DNA of 64,000 nt. Source: Candidatus Omnitrophota bacterium (lineage in GTDB: Bacteria > Omnitrophota > Gorgyraeia > Zapsychrales > JANLHA01). Positions 30,211-39,185 of this stretch are shown here, piece after piece (the first letter of the stretch is position 1; each line of letters starts with the position of its first letter). The position numbers were made by a program, and so were the translations under genes. The notes below the pieces were generated by a model that had not been told where the DNA came from, ran no database searches, and saw nothing but the letters and a program-made list of their open reading frames with translations. Location: NCBI GenBank assembly GCA_038222225.1, contig JBBRHV010000003.1, forward strand, positions 10,331 to 74,330, written 5' to 3'.

Positions 30211-30449
30211 AACACTTTTAGGTCAAAACTATCGAAAAAACATCAAAATTGTGCAGTTTTTTGCCGACTTTCATCATGCTGATAATTCCATCCCTAAATC
30301 CACTACTAAAAACTTCTATCAACGAAATCCCAAATTCAGAGAACCCTTTATCGACTGGCACGATCCATTCCAGTCGATACCATTAAACATTTCAATCAAA
30401 GACCACAAAATGAAGCAGCTTCCTTGAAGCTCCTTTCCCCATCTCCTTA

Positions 30450-31856
30450 TCAAAACTTCTTTCGCTTCTTAAGATGCTTTACCATCTGAACCATATCTTC
30501 CTTATACATAGACTTCAATTGCTCCCACTTTTCATGAGCAAGATCATAGTCGGGATAAAACATCAAGGCCTTTTCAAAACATTTTTCAGCCTTGCGTTTT
30601 TGAAGCAGAAAAACATAACAAACACCCATATTATGCCAAACCACGTGATTATCATCCCATAGCTTTGAATAATGCTGATAAAATTCCAGGGCCTTTTGAT
30701 ATTGCCCTTCTTTCATGCATCGGGCCGCATCATCAAAAAGTTTTTCAACCTTCTGCTTATCATCTGTGTAAATTCTGTTTATCTGAAAGTCATATCCGAA
30801 TTCTTCCTGGGGATTGCCCATCGCTTTGCGTTCCTCCATAATAACTTCTCTGGGCGTCTTTCCGTTAAGTTCTTCAAGAGGAGCAACAAACCATTCATCG
30901 CTCCACCGCTGAATCTTTTCAACAAACTCTTCCTGTTCTTTGGCAGACATTATCTTCATTGGATACAAAAACGTTTTCTCCATTGCGTCCGTACAAGCGC
31001 TCACCAATGTTTTTTCCAAAGGGCCTTTTTCCATACCCTGATGAAGTTCTCCCACAAACTGATTCCAGACATCGTTAAAAGCCTCGCCGAATTCCTCAAC
31101 ACTGACCCACTCCGGAAGCGTCATGCCGCTCAGCACACTTTGCATTATATCCGCCAGATGCTTTTTATCCTTGATCGCCATTCTCATTTCAAGAAAGATA
31201 TCCTCAGCATCGTCATCCGACAAGCCGCCTTCTTTACAAAGCAGAATGAATTTTTTTTCAACAGATAGCTGTTCCGGAACACGCTCTGGAAACAACGCTT
31301 TATACATCTCAAATGCATCCTGTCGATCATGCGATTCAGACGAGTTTTTTAAAAACAAGCCGATGATATCGTACTCCTGTTTCGGAAAAAACAGGCCATC
31401 CGATGCCATTATAAAATAGTTATCAAACGGCAATAATCTTCCGATAATATAATCGCCTTTCCCGGCAGCTCTGCTTCCTCTGGTGTCAAAAATATGATAT
31501 TCCTCCAATGAAATCACATCTTCGCACACAAACTCTTTACCGATCTTTACTGCCTTAACTTTATAAATCCCGAAGCGGTCCTGCCCAATCCGGGAATATA
31601 TTTCATAAAGCTCCCGGGAGATTTTGCCCCTCTCCTCATCCAGGAAAACATCAAAAAGCCTTTTATGATATTTCTCCAATTGGTGATCAAAAATAAACCA
31701 GTCGAAAAACAGCCGGCCGATATTCTGATCGGTAAATGACAAACGGATAAAATCTTTCTGCCGTTCAAACACCTCTTTTTCTATCGCGGAATGACATCGA
31801 ACAAAATCATTGATCGCATCATACATTTTTTTAATAAGGTCTTTATATTCTTTCAT
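30450..31856 (-). CDS. hypothetical protein with C-terminal TPRs
   Basis: F.DWF.FD N-terminal region, W...P...LNGKTPRE motif, two TPRs. Confidence 0.7.
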   Translation of the reverse strand: MKEYKDLIKKMYDAINDFVRCHSAIEKEVFERQKDFIRLSFTDQNIGRLFFDWFIFDHQLEKYHKRLFDVFLDEERGKISRELYEIYSRIGQDRFGIYKVKAVKIGKEFVCEDVISLEEYHIFDTRGSRAAGKGDYIIGRLLPFDNYFIMASDGLFFPKQEYDIIGLFLKNSSESHDRQDAFEMYKALFPERVPEQLSVEKKFILLCKEGGLSDDDAEDIFLEMRMAIKDKKHLADIMQSVLSGMTLPEWVSVEEFGEAFNDVWNQFVGELHQGMEKGPLEKTLVSACTDAMEKTFLYPMKIMSAKEQEEFVEKIQRWSDEWFVAPLEELNGKTPREVIMEERKAMGNPQEEFGYDFQINRIYTDDKQKVEKLFDDAARCMKEGQYQKALEFYQHYSKLWDDNHVVWHNMGVCYVFLLQKRKAEKCFEKALMFYPDYDLAHEKWEQLKSMYKEDMVQMVKHLKKRKKF

Positions 31857-32081
31857 TGTGTCAATTTTTGTAGAAACCCCTGATCAATAAATCATTAATA
31901 AATCGTGACCATGTTTTGCTGAAGTTTTCTGCAAGTATAAATTCCACCAAGCCGTCAAAGTTTTTTTCTTTTAGATGCCATAAAATTATTCTGTTTCATA
32001 AAAAATTTTGAATGCCAATTTAAAATTTTTATACAAATAATAGCCTTTTGGAAATGCATAAGTCTATGGTATTCTTACAGT

Positions 32082-32261
32082 ATGAAAGAAACATCCCTCT
32101 TTGAATCAAATCCTTATTTAAAAAATCAGGCTGTACGAAACCGGATGTTTTTAACTGCCGTGAATACCTCGACTGCTATTGAAGGTGTTCATGTCGATAT
32201 CTCATCTCCAAAAAAGCGTTCACGCCAAAACACATCCATATCTAGGAAGATGCTGAAGTAG
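32082..32261 (+). CDS. Fic antitoxin (VbhA-like), 59 aa, not in ORF track
   Basis: MKETSLFESNPYL...VNTSTAIEGV...; (S/T)xxxE(G/N) inhibitory motif; convergent with Fic fragment. Confidence 0.7.
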   Translation: MKETSLFESNPYLKNQAVRNRMFLTAVNTSTAIEGVHVDISSPKKRSRQNTSISRKMLK

Positions 32262-32478
32262 CCTTCTTGATTGTCCTTCTGATAACACTCAAAAACATCC
32301 TCTGCATGGGAACATAGTCTCTTCTAAGACCAGATTGTACCGCTGCGATATATTCGGCCTTTTTTCTGCCTTGAATACCGCCAAAATCCAAGGCCGGCAG
32401 CCCTGCCTGAAGAGCCATGATGATAGAAAGAAGTCGCGCAATTCGGCCGTTACCTTCCCGAAACGGATGGATCAGAGA
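32242..32478 (-). pseudogene. Fic toxin C-terminal fragment
   Basis: LIHPFREGNGRIARLL...QAGLPALDF; no start or N-terminus. Confidence 0.85.
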
Positions 32479-32490
32479 CCAATAAAAATA

Positions 32491-32895
32491 TCAAGATAGC
32501 TTGTTCTTCACAAATTCAAAAAACCGCTCACAATCTTTAAACATCTTCTCTGCCTCGTTTTTGCAAACAAGGCGCTCCTCATACTCAGCCATATTTTTCA
32601 TCCGCAAAATCCTCACGATACGGTTGGCGTTTGTCGTGAACTCTTCGGTGTTTTTGATCATTTTAAACAGGACGACCGCCTGATTATGGTCTTCGCCGGC
32701 GCTTCTTTTCCCCAAAAAATAAACGCACATGGCGTCACAGGCGGATATCGTGCAGTGTATCGCATTAATAGCAACAGCATTCCACTGTTGTCCTTGCAAG
32801 GCTTTCTGCGATGCATTAAAACACTCTTGTGCTTTCTGCATAAAATTCGTATACGCTGCGCGCTGAACATCCCGTGTTTTCGGCTTTGCTATCAT
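32491..32895 (-). CDS. HEPN domain protein
   Basis: AIH..ISA.DA, G.RS.GEDH, KN.AEY; downstream of MNT. Confidence 0.85.
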   Translation of the reverse strand: MIAKPKTRDVQRAAYTNFMQKAQECFNASQKALQGQQWNAVAINAIHCTISACDAMCVYFLGKRSAGEDHNQAVVLFKMIKNTEEFTTNANRIVRILRMKNMAEYEERLVCKNEAEKMFKDCERFFEFVKNKLS

Positions 32896-32907
32896 AACAT
32901 CATCCTC

Positions 32908-33504
32908 CTAGGGGAATAATTGTATTCCTTTTTCGATTTCCTCCAAAAGCTTCAGATCCTTCTTCTGCTGAAACTGTTTTTCCGTCAGAACATACGCAGC
33001 CAATCTGTTGCCAAATTTTTCTAGGCATGTAATAGACAGTCCCTCAAGCGATTCCTCCAGAGACTTTAAACTTTCCTTATTTTGGGTCAAAACAAAAAGA
33101 TCAATATCGCTGTCTGTTTTTTCATCATGACTGGAAACAGATCCGAACAAAACGACTTTAATCAGGCTTTTCTTGGGTAGTCTGCTTAAAATGGTCGTTT
33201 TTAAGGCCACAATCGGCTGTGGCTGCGTGTCAACGATCCCTTTGACAGTATTCAACACATCATAAGCGTAACTCTGAGGATTGACTTTCCAGACATGGGC
33301 CCGCCCTACTCTTTCATAGGAAACAAAATGCCACTGCTCCAGATAGCGCATAACCCGGTTAACCGTCATGTGCGAAATTCCCACCAGAGACGAAATCTCT
33401 CTCTCACTCATGGCGGACTCATGGTTAATCAAAAACCGGACAACCTTGAGTTTCGCCTCAGTATCGATCAATTGAAAAAACGAATCATGAAACTTCATAC
33501 GCAT
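32908..33504 (-). CDS. HTH + minimal nucleotidyltransferase (MNT) antitoxin
   Basis: N-terminal wHTH; LFGS......SDIDL. Confidence 0.88.
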   Translation of the reverse strand: MRMKFHDSFFQLIDTEAKLKVVRFLINHESAMSEREISSLVGISHMTVNRVMRYLEQWHFVSYERVGRAHVWKVNPQSYAYDVLNTVKGIVDTQPQPIVALKTTILSRLPKKSLIKVVLFGSVSSHDEKTDSDIDLFVLTQNKESLKSLEESLEGLSITCLEKFGNRLAAYVLTEKQFQQKKDLKLLEEIEKGIQLFP

Positions 33505-33509
33505 TCCTT

Positions 33510-33547
33510 TGTAACTTTCATGTTACAAATGTAACATAAATGTTACA
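33510..33547. promoter_or_regulatory. tandem inverted-repeat operator of MNT-HEPN
   Basis: TGTAAC-N6-GTTACA twice, directly upstream of the MNT start. Confidence 0.7.
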
Positions 33548-33615
33548 TAAAATCAATGATTTTATATCGAAATATCAACGGCACCATACGACGCAAAAAC
33601 TCTTTAAACTTCATC

Positions 33616-33963
33616 TTCATTTACTAGAGAGTGGTTGCCCAATTATGGCTAAATCCTAGTAAATGGCTTTTTGGCCATTTTCCCAAAATGCCGATTGCGA
33701 CTATTTTGATTTATTGTCATTTACTAGGGGCCATTTACTAAGTGCCACTTCTGATAGAAATGGCTAGTATCAGACCCAATTTGGCTGTCGCGAGTACTAT
33801 CAATTTTTCCAAATGTAAGCATCCAGCGCCGAAACTACAAAACACCATCCCACTTGCGCCCTAACCCTTTGACACGTCAAGACATGAACGATCCCTGACT
33901 GCGTTTGGCAATCAGGGATCTTTGTGATTCTGAGAGTCGTTTCCGACACTGTTATACTGGTAG
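33616..33963. repeat. element-end repeat copy 2
   Basis: Four CATTTACTA boxes, terminator GATCCCTGA..TCAGGGATC, TGGTAG at 33958. Confidence 0.88.
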
Positions 33964-34013
33964 TGTACGCTGTCCGAAGACACACATGACTCTCACCATT
34001 GATCTTCCCCACT

Positions 34014-34865
34014 TTAGTGGACAGTTTGTTTAGTTAGGACGGCTCGATTTTCAAACTCAAAAGGACTTAAATAATTGAGCGTTGAATGACTCCGTCTACG
34101 ATTATAATACATCTCTACATATTCAAAGATTTTTCTTCTTGCTTCTTCCCTAGTTCGAAATCGGTACTTGTGAACAAGCTCGACTTTTAACGTGTGGAAG
34201 AAGCTCTCAGCGACGGCATTATCCCAGCAGTCACCTTTTCGGCTCATACTGCCGATAAGCTTATGTTCAGCCAATATCGCCTTGAAATCATTCCCTGCGT
34301 ACTGACTGCCGCGATCTGAGTGACAGATCAATCCTTTATCCGGATTCCGCCTTAGGATCGCCTGTTGCATAGCCCTGGTGGTTAGTGTCGCGGCAATGGT
34401 TTTATCCATGGCCAAACCAACAATCCCCCGCGAAAAAAGATCCAGCACCATCGCCACATATAACCACCCTTGAGAAGTCCAAATATACGTTATATCGAAT
34501 ACCCAGACGGCATTGGGCTTCTCGACCACAAAGTTCCGATTCAAAACATTCGGCCATACCGGATAATCATGCTTCGAGTTCGTCGTTAACCGAAACTTAC
34601 GCTTCTGGACAGCGACGATTCTGGCTTCTCGCATGACCTTCGCCACACGGTTCTCCGAACAACGGATATGTTTGACGTTGTTCAACTGGTCCCAGATTCG
34701 TGGACTGCCGTAATTCTCTTTGTTCTCCACAAACACACATTTTATCTCAATGAGCAATGCTTCATTCTTGATGCGGCCCTGGCTCTTGGGCCGATTTTTG
34801 TATGCGTAATACCCGCTCCTCGACACTTCCAAGGCCCGGCACATCTTCCCGAGCGGAAAGACCAA
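34014..34865 (-). CDS. IS3 transposase OrfB (DDE)
   Basis: DITY, HSDRGSQY, DNAVAESFF. Confidence 0.95.
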   Translation of the reverse strand: MVFPLGKMCRALEVSRSGYYAYKNRPKSQGRIKNEALLIEIKCVFVENKENYGSPRIWDQLNNVKHIRCSENRVAKVMREARIVAVQKRKFRLTTNSKHDYPVWPNVLNRNFVVEKPNAVWVFDITYIWTSQGWLYVAMVLDLFSRGIVGLAMDKTIAATLTTRAMQQAILRRNPDKGLICHSDRGSQYAGNDFKAILAEHKLIGSMSRKGDCWDNAVAESFFHTLKVELVHKYRFRTREEARRKIFEYVEMYYNRRRSHSTLNYLSPFEFENRAVLTKQTVH

Positions 34866-34876
34866 ACGGTTATCGT

Positions 34877-35185
34877 CTATGAATCCGAACCGTTCTCGGT
34901 CGATTTTGAAAATATGCCGACTGCTTTTTTTAGGATGTCACGCTCCATTTCAACATCACGTAACTGACGCCGTAACGCCGCCAACTCTGTCAAATGACCC
35001 TTGCCGGGAAAAGCCTTCTCTCCCTCATCGCCAAACTGCTTCTTCCAGAGATACAGCCGCCCCGGGTCGATTCCAAGGCTCCTGGCCACCTCTGCGGCCT
35101 TGTGCCCGCCCTCTGTGACCATCTTGACCGCTGACATCTTGAACTCCCGGTCAAACCGCTTCTTCTTCCCGTTTTCTCCTGCCAT
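34877..35185 (-). CDS. IS3 transposase OrfA
   Basis: F..EFK..AV, VAR.LGI, ERDILKKA. Confidence 0.95.
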   Translation of the reverse strand: MAGENGKKKRFDREFKMSAVKMVTEGGHKAAEVARSLGIDPGRLYLWKKQFGDEGEKAFPGKGHLTELAALRRQLRDVEMERDILKKAVGIFSKSTENGSDS

Positions 35186-35361
35186 TGGACACCTCCCGTT
35201 TTTGAGCCGGCTATCATATTAAAACCAACTCTTCGTTGTGTCCACTTTTTCGGGGGAAGATCACTTTATCAACTTGAATAATGCATTCAAGTCGTTACAA
35301 CCGGATTTTTATCCATTCAAATCTTGAAATTTCGCACTCTTTCTTTGGATTTTCATACCAT

Positions 35362-36378
35362 TTATTGCTTTTCCACATATTCAGCCATATCCTGCACCCG
35401 AACATGCCAAGTCTTCCCTCTTTTGACACCCTTTAATTTTCCCCGATTAATTAAATTGCGAAGATAATCTGAAGAGTAATTATAGATTCTTGCCAAATCA
35501 CTCAGCGGCAACTCAGCCTCTTTATTAGTGTGACGAATATCTACTTCCTTAAGGCGTCCTACGGCATCATCCAACCGTCCTATAACAATTTCTTTTATCT
35601 TATCAAAATCCTCCAGACGAATGCATTCATCTACATCATTAACATCAAACTTTTTCCCTTGCTCTATTTTGCGATGAATTAATTCAAAAACATCATCTGC
35701 CTTCTCTAGGGCATCATAATAATACTCACGATCCTTTTTAGAAATACCTTTGATCGCTATATTCATCAACCCACATCCAATGAGAATATACGATAATAAA
35801 ATCCTCCCAGTGCGCCCATTCCCATCAGAAAAAGGATGGATCGATTCAAACCAAACATGTGCTATCGCCGTTAGTTCAATATGATTATATTTCTCTTTTT
35901 TTAGATGATAATTAATCCATTTAACCAATAATTCCGTCGCTGGACGCACATAAAATTCACTAATAGGCGTAAACGTAGATTCTGTAACCTCTGCCCTGCC
36001 CTTACGAAATCCCCCTAAATCTCCGATATAAAATCCCATTTCCTTTTCATAACGCATCAAAAGAGTGTGGATCTGTTTAACATCAGACATACGCACTGAA
36101 AATTCTTCTTCCTTGTGTTGATTTGCCGCATATTCATACATCGCAGATGCTGCTTCAAAATAACCTAGAATAGATGCCGCCTTATGCTTATCCGTTCTTT
36201 TATTATTTTCAAGAATATCAATCAAATCTTTACGATTAGCAAATACTCCTTCAATCGCAATGGAGTTGCGAATCTCATCCTTAAACAAAGAATACCATTC
36301 GGCATTAGAAACGCTGATCAAATGATCCTTTGTTTCTTTTAACTTGTTGAACTCTTTTAAAATAGCTGATAATTTCAT
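35362..36378 (-). CDS. class II Fic protein with C-terminal HTH_17/excisionase-like domain
   Basis: NSIAIEG inhibitory helix; HPFSDGNGRTGR; YLRNLINRGKLKGVKRGKTW. Confidence 0.9.
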   Translation of the reverse strand: MKLSAILKEFNKLKETKDHLISVSNAEWYSLFKDEIRNSIAIEGVFANRKDLIDILENNKRTDKHKAASILGYFEAASAMYEYAANQHKEEEFSVRMSDVKQIHTLLMRYEKEMGFYIGDLGGFRKGRAEVTESTFTPISEFYVRPATELLVKWINYHLKKEKYNHIELTAIAHVWFESIHPFSDGNGRTGRILLSYILIGCGLMNIAIKGISKKDREYYYDALEKADDVFELIHRKIEQGKKFDVNDVDECIRLEDFDKIKEIVIGRLDDAVGRLKEVDIRHTNKEAELPLSDLARIYNYSSDYLRNLINRGKLKGVKRGKTWHVRVQDMAEYVEKQ

Positions 36379-36415
36379 GACATATTCCTAAGTAGTGTTA
36401 AATATCAAAATCTAT

Positions 36416-36592
36416 CGAACCACATGTGCTTATTAAAACCAACAAGACTTGCGAACCTTTTCTTATGGTTCGATAATAATATATCATATTTATGTGTGAA
36501 ATAAAGCTATTTCTAGTATTTTACCGAACCTTCCGAACCACATCCAATTCTTATTTTTACCCTCAAACTATCGAACCTTTGCGCATGGTTCG
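36416..36592. promoter_or_regulatory. cluster of seven CGAACC/GGTTCG boxes
   Basis: 36416, 36452, 36467, 36525, 36534, 36572, 36587. Confidence 0.65.
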
Positions 36593-36710
36593 GTAAAAGC
36601 CTCAAATGTCCGTCTTTTTCTCAGACCCACTAGCTTTCCAGATATGGATATGTAACATAAAAATTGTACAAAACAGCACTTTCATTTTACAAAACACAAA
36701 AACCCCACTA

Positions 36711-37148
36711 TTCATTTACTAGAGAATTTTCGCCATATTCAGGCACAATCCTAGTAAATGAAATTCTGGCTATTCCACCCCAATAGGCATTTTCAAACAT
36801 TTTGATAAATAAGCATTTACTAGGAGCCATTTACTAAAGGCCGATTTTGATAGAAATGGCTAGTATCAGACCCAATTTGGCTGCCGCGAGTACTATCAAT
36901 TTTTCCAAACGTGATCATCCTGCGCCGAAACTACAAAACATCATCCCCATTACGCCCTAACCATTTGCAACGTCAACACAGGCATTACCCCCTTCGGGGG
37001 TTGATGCTGCGCAATCATCTAAACTCTGCAAAAAAACACCAGAGTTTAGATACGCAAACCGCATCAAAAATCCCTGACCGCGTTTGGCAATCAGGGATCT
37101 TTTTGATTCTAAGAGTCGTTTCCGACACTATTATACTGGTAGCCCCAA
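36711..37148. repeat. element-end repeat copy 3 ending in TGGTAGCCCCAA
   Basis: Aligns with copies 1 and 2. Confidence 0.88.
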
Positions 37149-37288
37149 GCCGTGGCCCTCTGGCCACTGGCACTTCCTCGCCAGGCTCGGTCGGCCCAGC
37201 CGGGGACGGCCGGCACTTCCTCGGACATTACGTCCTCGGTCGCCGGATTGTATTTTCGCTTCAAAGGGCTGAAGCTCTCAAAATAAAT

Positions 37289-37315
37289 CGGGCACGACCT
37301 TTCGGGTCGCGCCCG
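37289..37315 (-). terminator. tRNA-Glu terminator
   Basis: CGGGCGCGACCC-GAAA-GGUCGUGCCCG followed by AUUUAUUUU. Confidence 0.7.
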
Positions 37316-37322
37316 CTTATTT

Positions 37323-37399
37323 TGGTAGCCCCAACCGGATTTGAACCGGTGTTTGATGGCTGAGAACCATCCGTCCTGACCAGGCTAGACGATGGGGCC
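37323..37399 (-). tRNA. tRNA-Glu(CTC)
   Basis: GGCCCCA...GATGG-TTCTCAG-CCATC...GGTTCAAATCC..TGGGGCTACCA, 77 nt, encoded CCA. Confidence 0.97.
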
Positions 37400-37464
37400 A
37401 AATCTCACAACATTTATATTAACAAGCGGGATGAAACATTTCCCGCCAAATCTCTCTTTTCTTC

Positions 37465-37703
37465 GCCCAATGGTTTCGCTAGTACTCAACCACTCCCTCG
37501 GACATTTTGTCCTCGGTCGCCGGATTTTCACCGGGTTTCGCTCCCTTCGGAGCGCGGAATGGTTTCTCTCCCACTCAAAACGGAAGAAACCATTGGATGG
37601 CTGAGCAATGAGGCTTACCTCAAAATCTTTTAGCCAAAGCCTCATTCCCGGCCAACTTGATTGGCCGGCACCATCCGTCCTGACCAGGCTAGACGATGGG
37701 GCC
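37465..37703 (-). other. tRNA-Glu-derived copy expanded by three hairpin insertions
   Basis: First 34 nt identical to tRNA; remaining arms colinear but separated by 64, 57 and 49 bp inserts. Confidence 0.8.
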
Positions 37704-37986
37704 AAAATTTTTAAACCCATAAAATTGAAATACTTGGAAATACATAGAAAGACGGGGAAATAAAAAAGCTTCCCCCCCCACCGTCCATGGCGCATCCTTC
37801 AATTTCAAGCGCATATCACTCGTATTTCAATCCACTTCTATCATTTTCCACTAGGGATAAATCTTACCACATTTCCCTTATTGGTCAATAAAAATATCCC
37901 GCTGCATTTTTAAGGAAAAGCACCTCCCATAAGACTATTTTTATGATATATTCTTTATAATTAGGAAAATTATCGAGGACCTCAGC

Positions 37987-39177
37987 ATGGCTTTATCCGT
38001 AGGGATCGGTTTTAACAAAGAAAAAAATACAAATCTGGCCGCCGCGGCAGCGATCGAACAGGCCAAACGCAATATCCATGTCGGCCGGATCGACCTCATT
38101 CTGGTTCTGGCAACGCCTCATTATTCCCCTCAAAATATCATTACGGAGATCGGAGACCAGCTGGATTCCCCCCGGGTCATCGGCTGCTCAACGGAAGGGA
38201 TCATCCTTGATAACACGATCCACCGGCGCGGCATTGCCATTGCCCTTTTTCATTCCAATGAGATGAAGTTTGTGACCGGCAGCACTCAACATCTGAACCT
38301 GCAAAACGCCAATCAAGCCGCCGAATCCCTGGTCCAATCCTGCAAATCCGAATACGGACAGAGCGAACGCCAGCTTTTCTTTATTCTGACGGAAGGCGCA
38401 CCAAATAGCATTCCGGATTTTCAGCACCATCTGCGGCGGAACCTTCAGGAAGACCCGGACATCCCCATTATCGGCGCCTGCTGCACAAGCATCCTCGCGC
38501 CCGAGAGCTCCTTTCTTTTTTATAATAACGAAACCATCAAAAAATCCGCGGCCGTCTTTATGGTCGGCGGAAAAGTCAAGGTCAAAATGGCCTGCCGCCA
38601 GGGCTGGCATCCGATCGGACGCCCCCGCTTTATCGATAAAAGTAGCGGCCATATCATTCATGTGATTGACGGACGGCCGGCCATTGAACTCTATCAGACC
38701 TTTTTTCCCGATCAATGCCGTTTTTTAAAAAATCCGTCTTCGTCACTCAACATCTACTATCCGCTGGGTATTGCCAGCGGGAAACGCGGGGTCTTCTTTC
38801 TCCGAAATGTTGTAGATGTTCTTGACGACGGCAGTATCGTCTGTAATGATAATGTCGAGGCTGGCTCACAAATCCACATCATGCTCGGCAACCGGGATTC
38901 CTGCCTGCAGGTCACGAGGAACGCCATCAACGAACTGAAAGGCTTCTTTTCGGATCAGCCTTCGGGCGCGGCGCTCATGATCGCCTCAGAACGGCATGAC
39001 CGGATCCTGGGACGGGCCTTTGAGCGGGAGTTGAACTATTTCAAACGAACGATCGGCGAAGCGATCCCTATCATCGGGTTCGTCAGCCACGGGGAGATCT
39101 TTGATGTGGGAGAACCGCATCAGCAATCTCCGAACTCAAAACAAAACAACAGCTTAATGGTCATCGGTATAAAATAA
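37987..39177 (+). CDS. FIST domain signal transduction protein
   Basis: IGCSTEG, GW.PIG, IDG.PA, YPLG, G...GE, N.S motifs. Confidence 0.85.
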   Translation: MALSVGIGFNKEKNTNLAAAAAIEQAKRNIHVGRIDLILVLATPHYSPQNIITEIGDQLDSPRVIGCSTEGIILDNTIHRRGIAIALFHSNEMKFVTGSTQHLNLQNANQAAESLVQSCKSEYGQSERQLFFILTEGAPNSIPDFQHHLRRNLQEDPDIPIIGACCTSILAPESSFLFYNNETIKKSAAVFMVGGKVKVKMACRQGWHPIGRPRFIDKSSGHIIHVIDGRPAIELYQTFFPDQCRFLKNPSSSLNIYYPLGIASGKRGVFFLRNVVDVLDDGSIVCNDNVEAGSQIHIMLGNRDSCLQVTRNAINELKGFFSDQPSGAALMIASERHDRILGRAFERELNYFKRTIGEAIPIIGFVSHGEIFDVGEPHQQSPNSKQNNSLMVIGIK

Positions 39178-39185
39178 AATCACGC

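Larger units (their letters stand above)
34000..35263 (-). mobile_element. IS3-family insertion sequence, 1264 bp
   Basis: TG..CA ends; imperfect IR TGATCTTCCCC..AGTGGACA; orfA/orfB with A7G frameshift motif near 34925-34931. Confidence 0.95.

Noticed and set aside
36911-37363. 150-aa plus-strand ORF ending LVAPTGFEPVFDG
   Set aside because: Antisense read-through of the repeat, hairpins and tRNA-Glu; not conserved as a full ORF in the other repeat copies.
37606-37669. Anticodon-loop insert as a group I or BHB intron
   Set aside because: Only 64 nt with no catalytic core; removal does not restore the canonical U33 loop, and the T-loop and acceptor are also altered.
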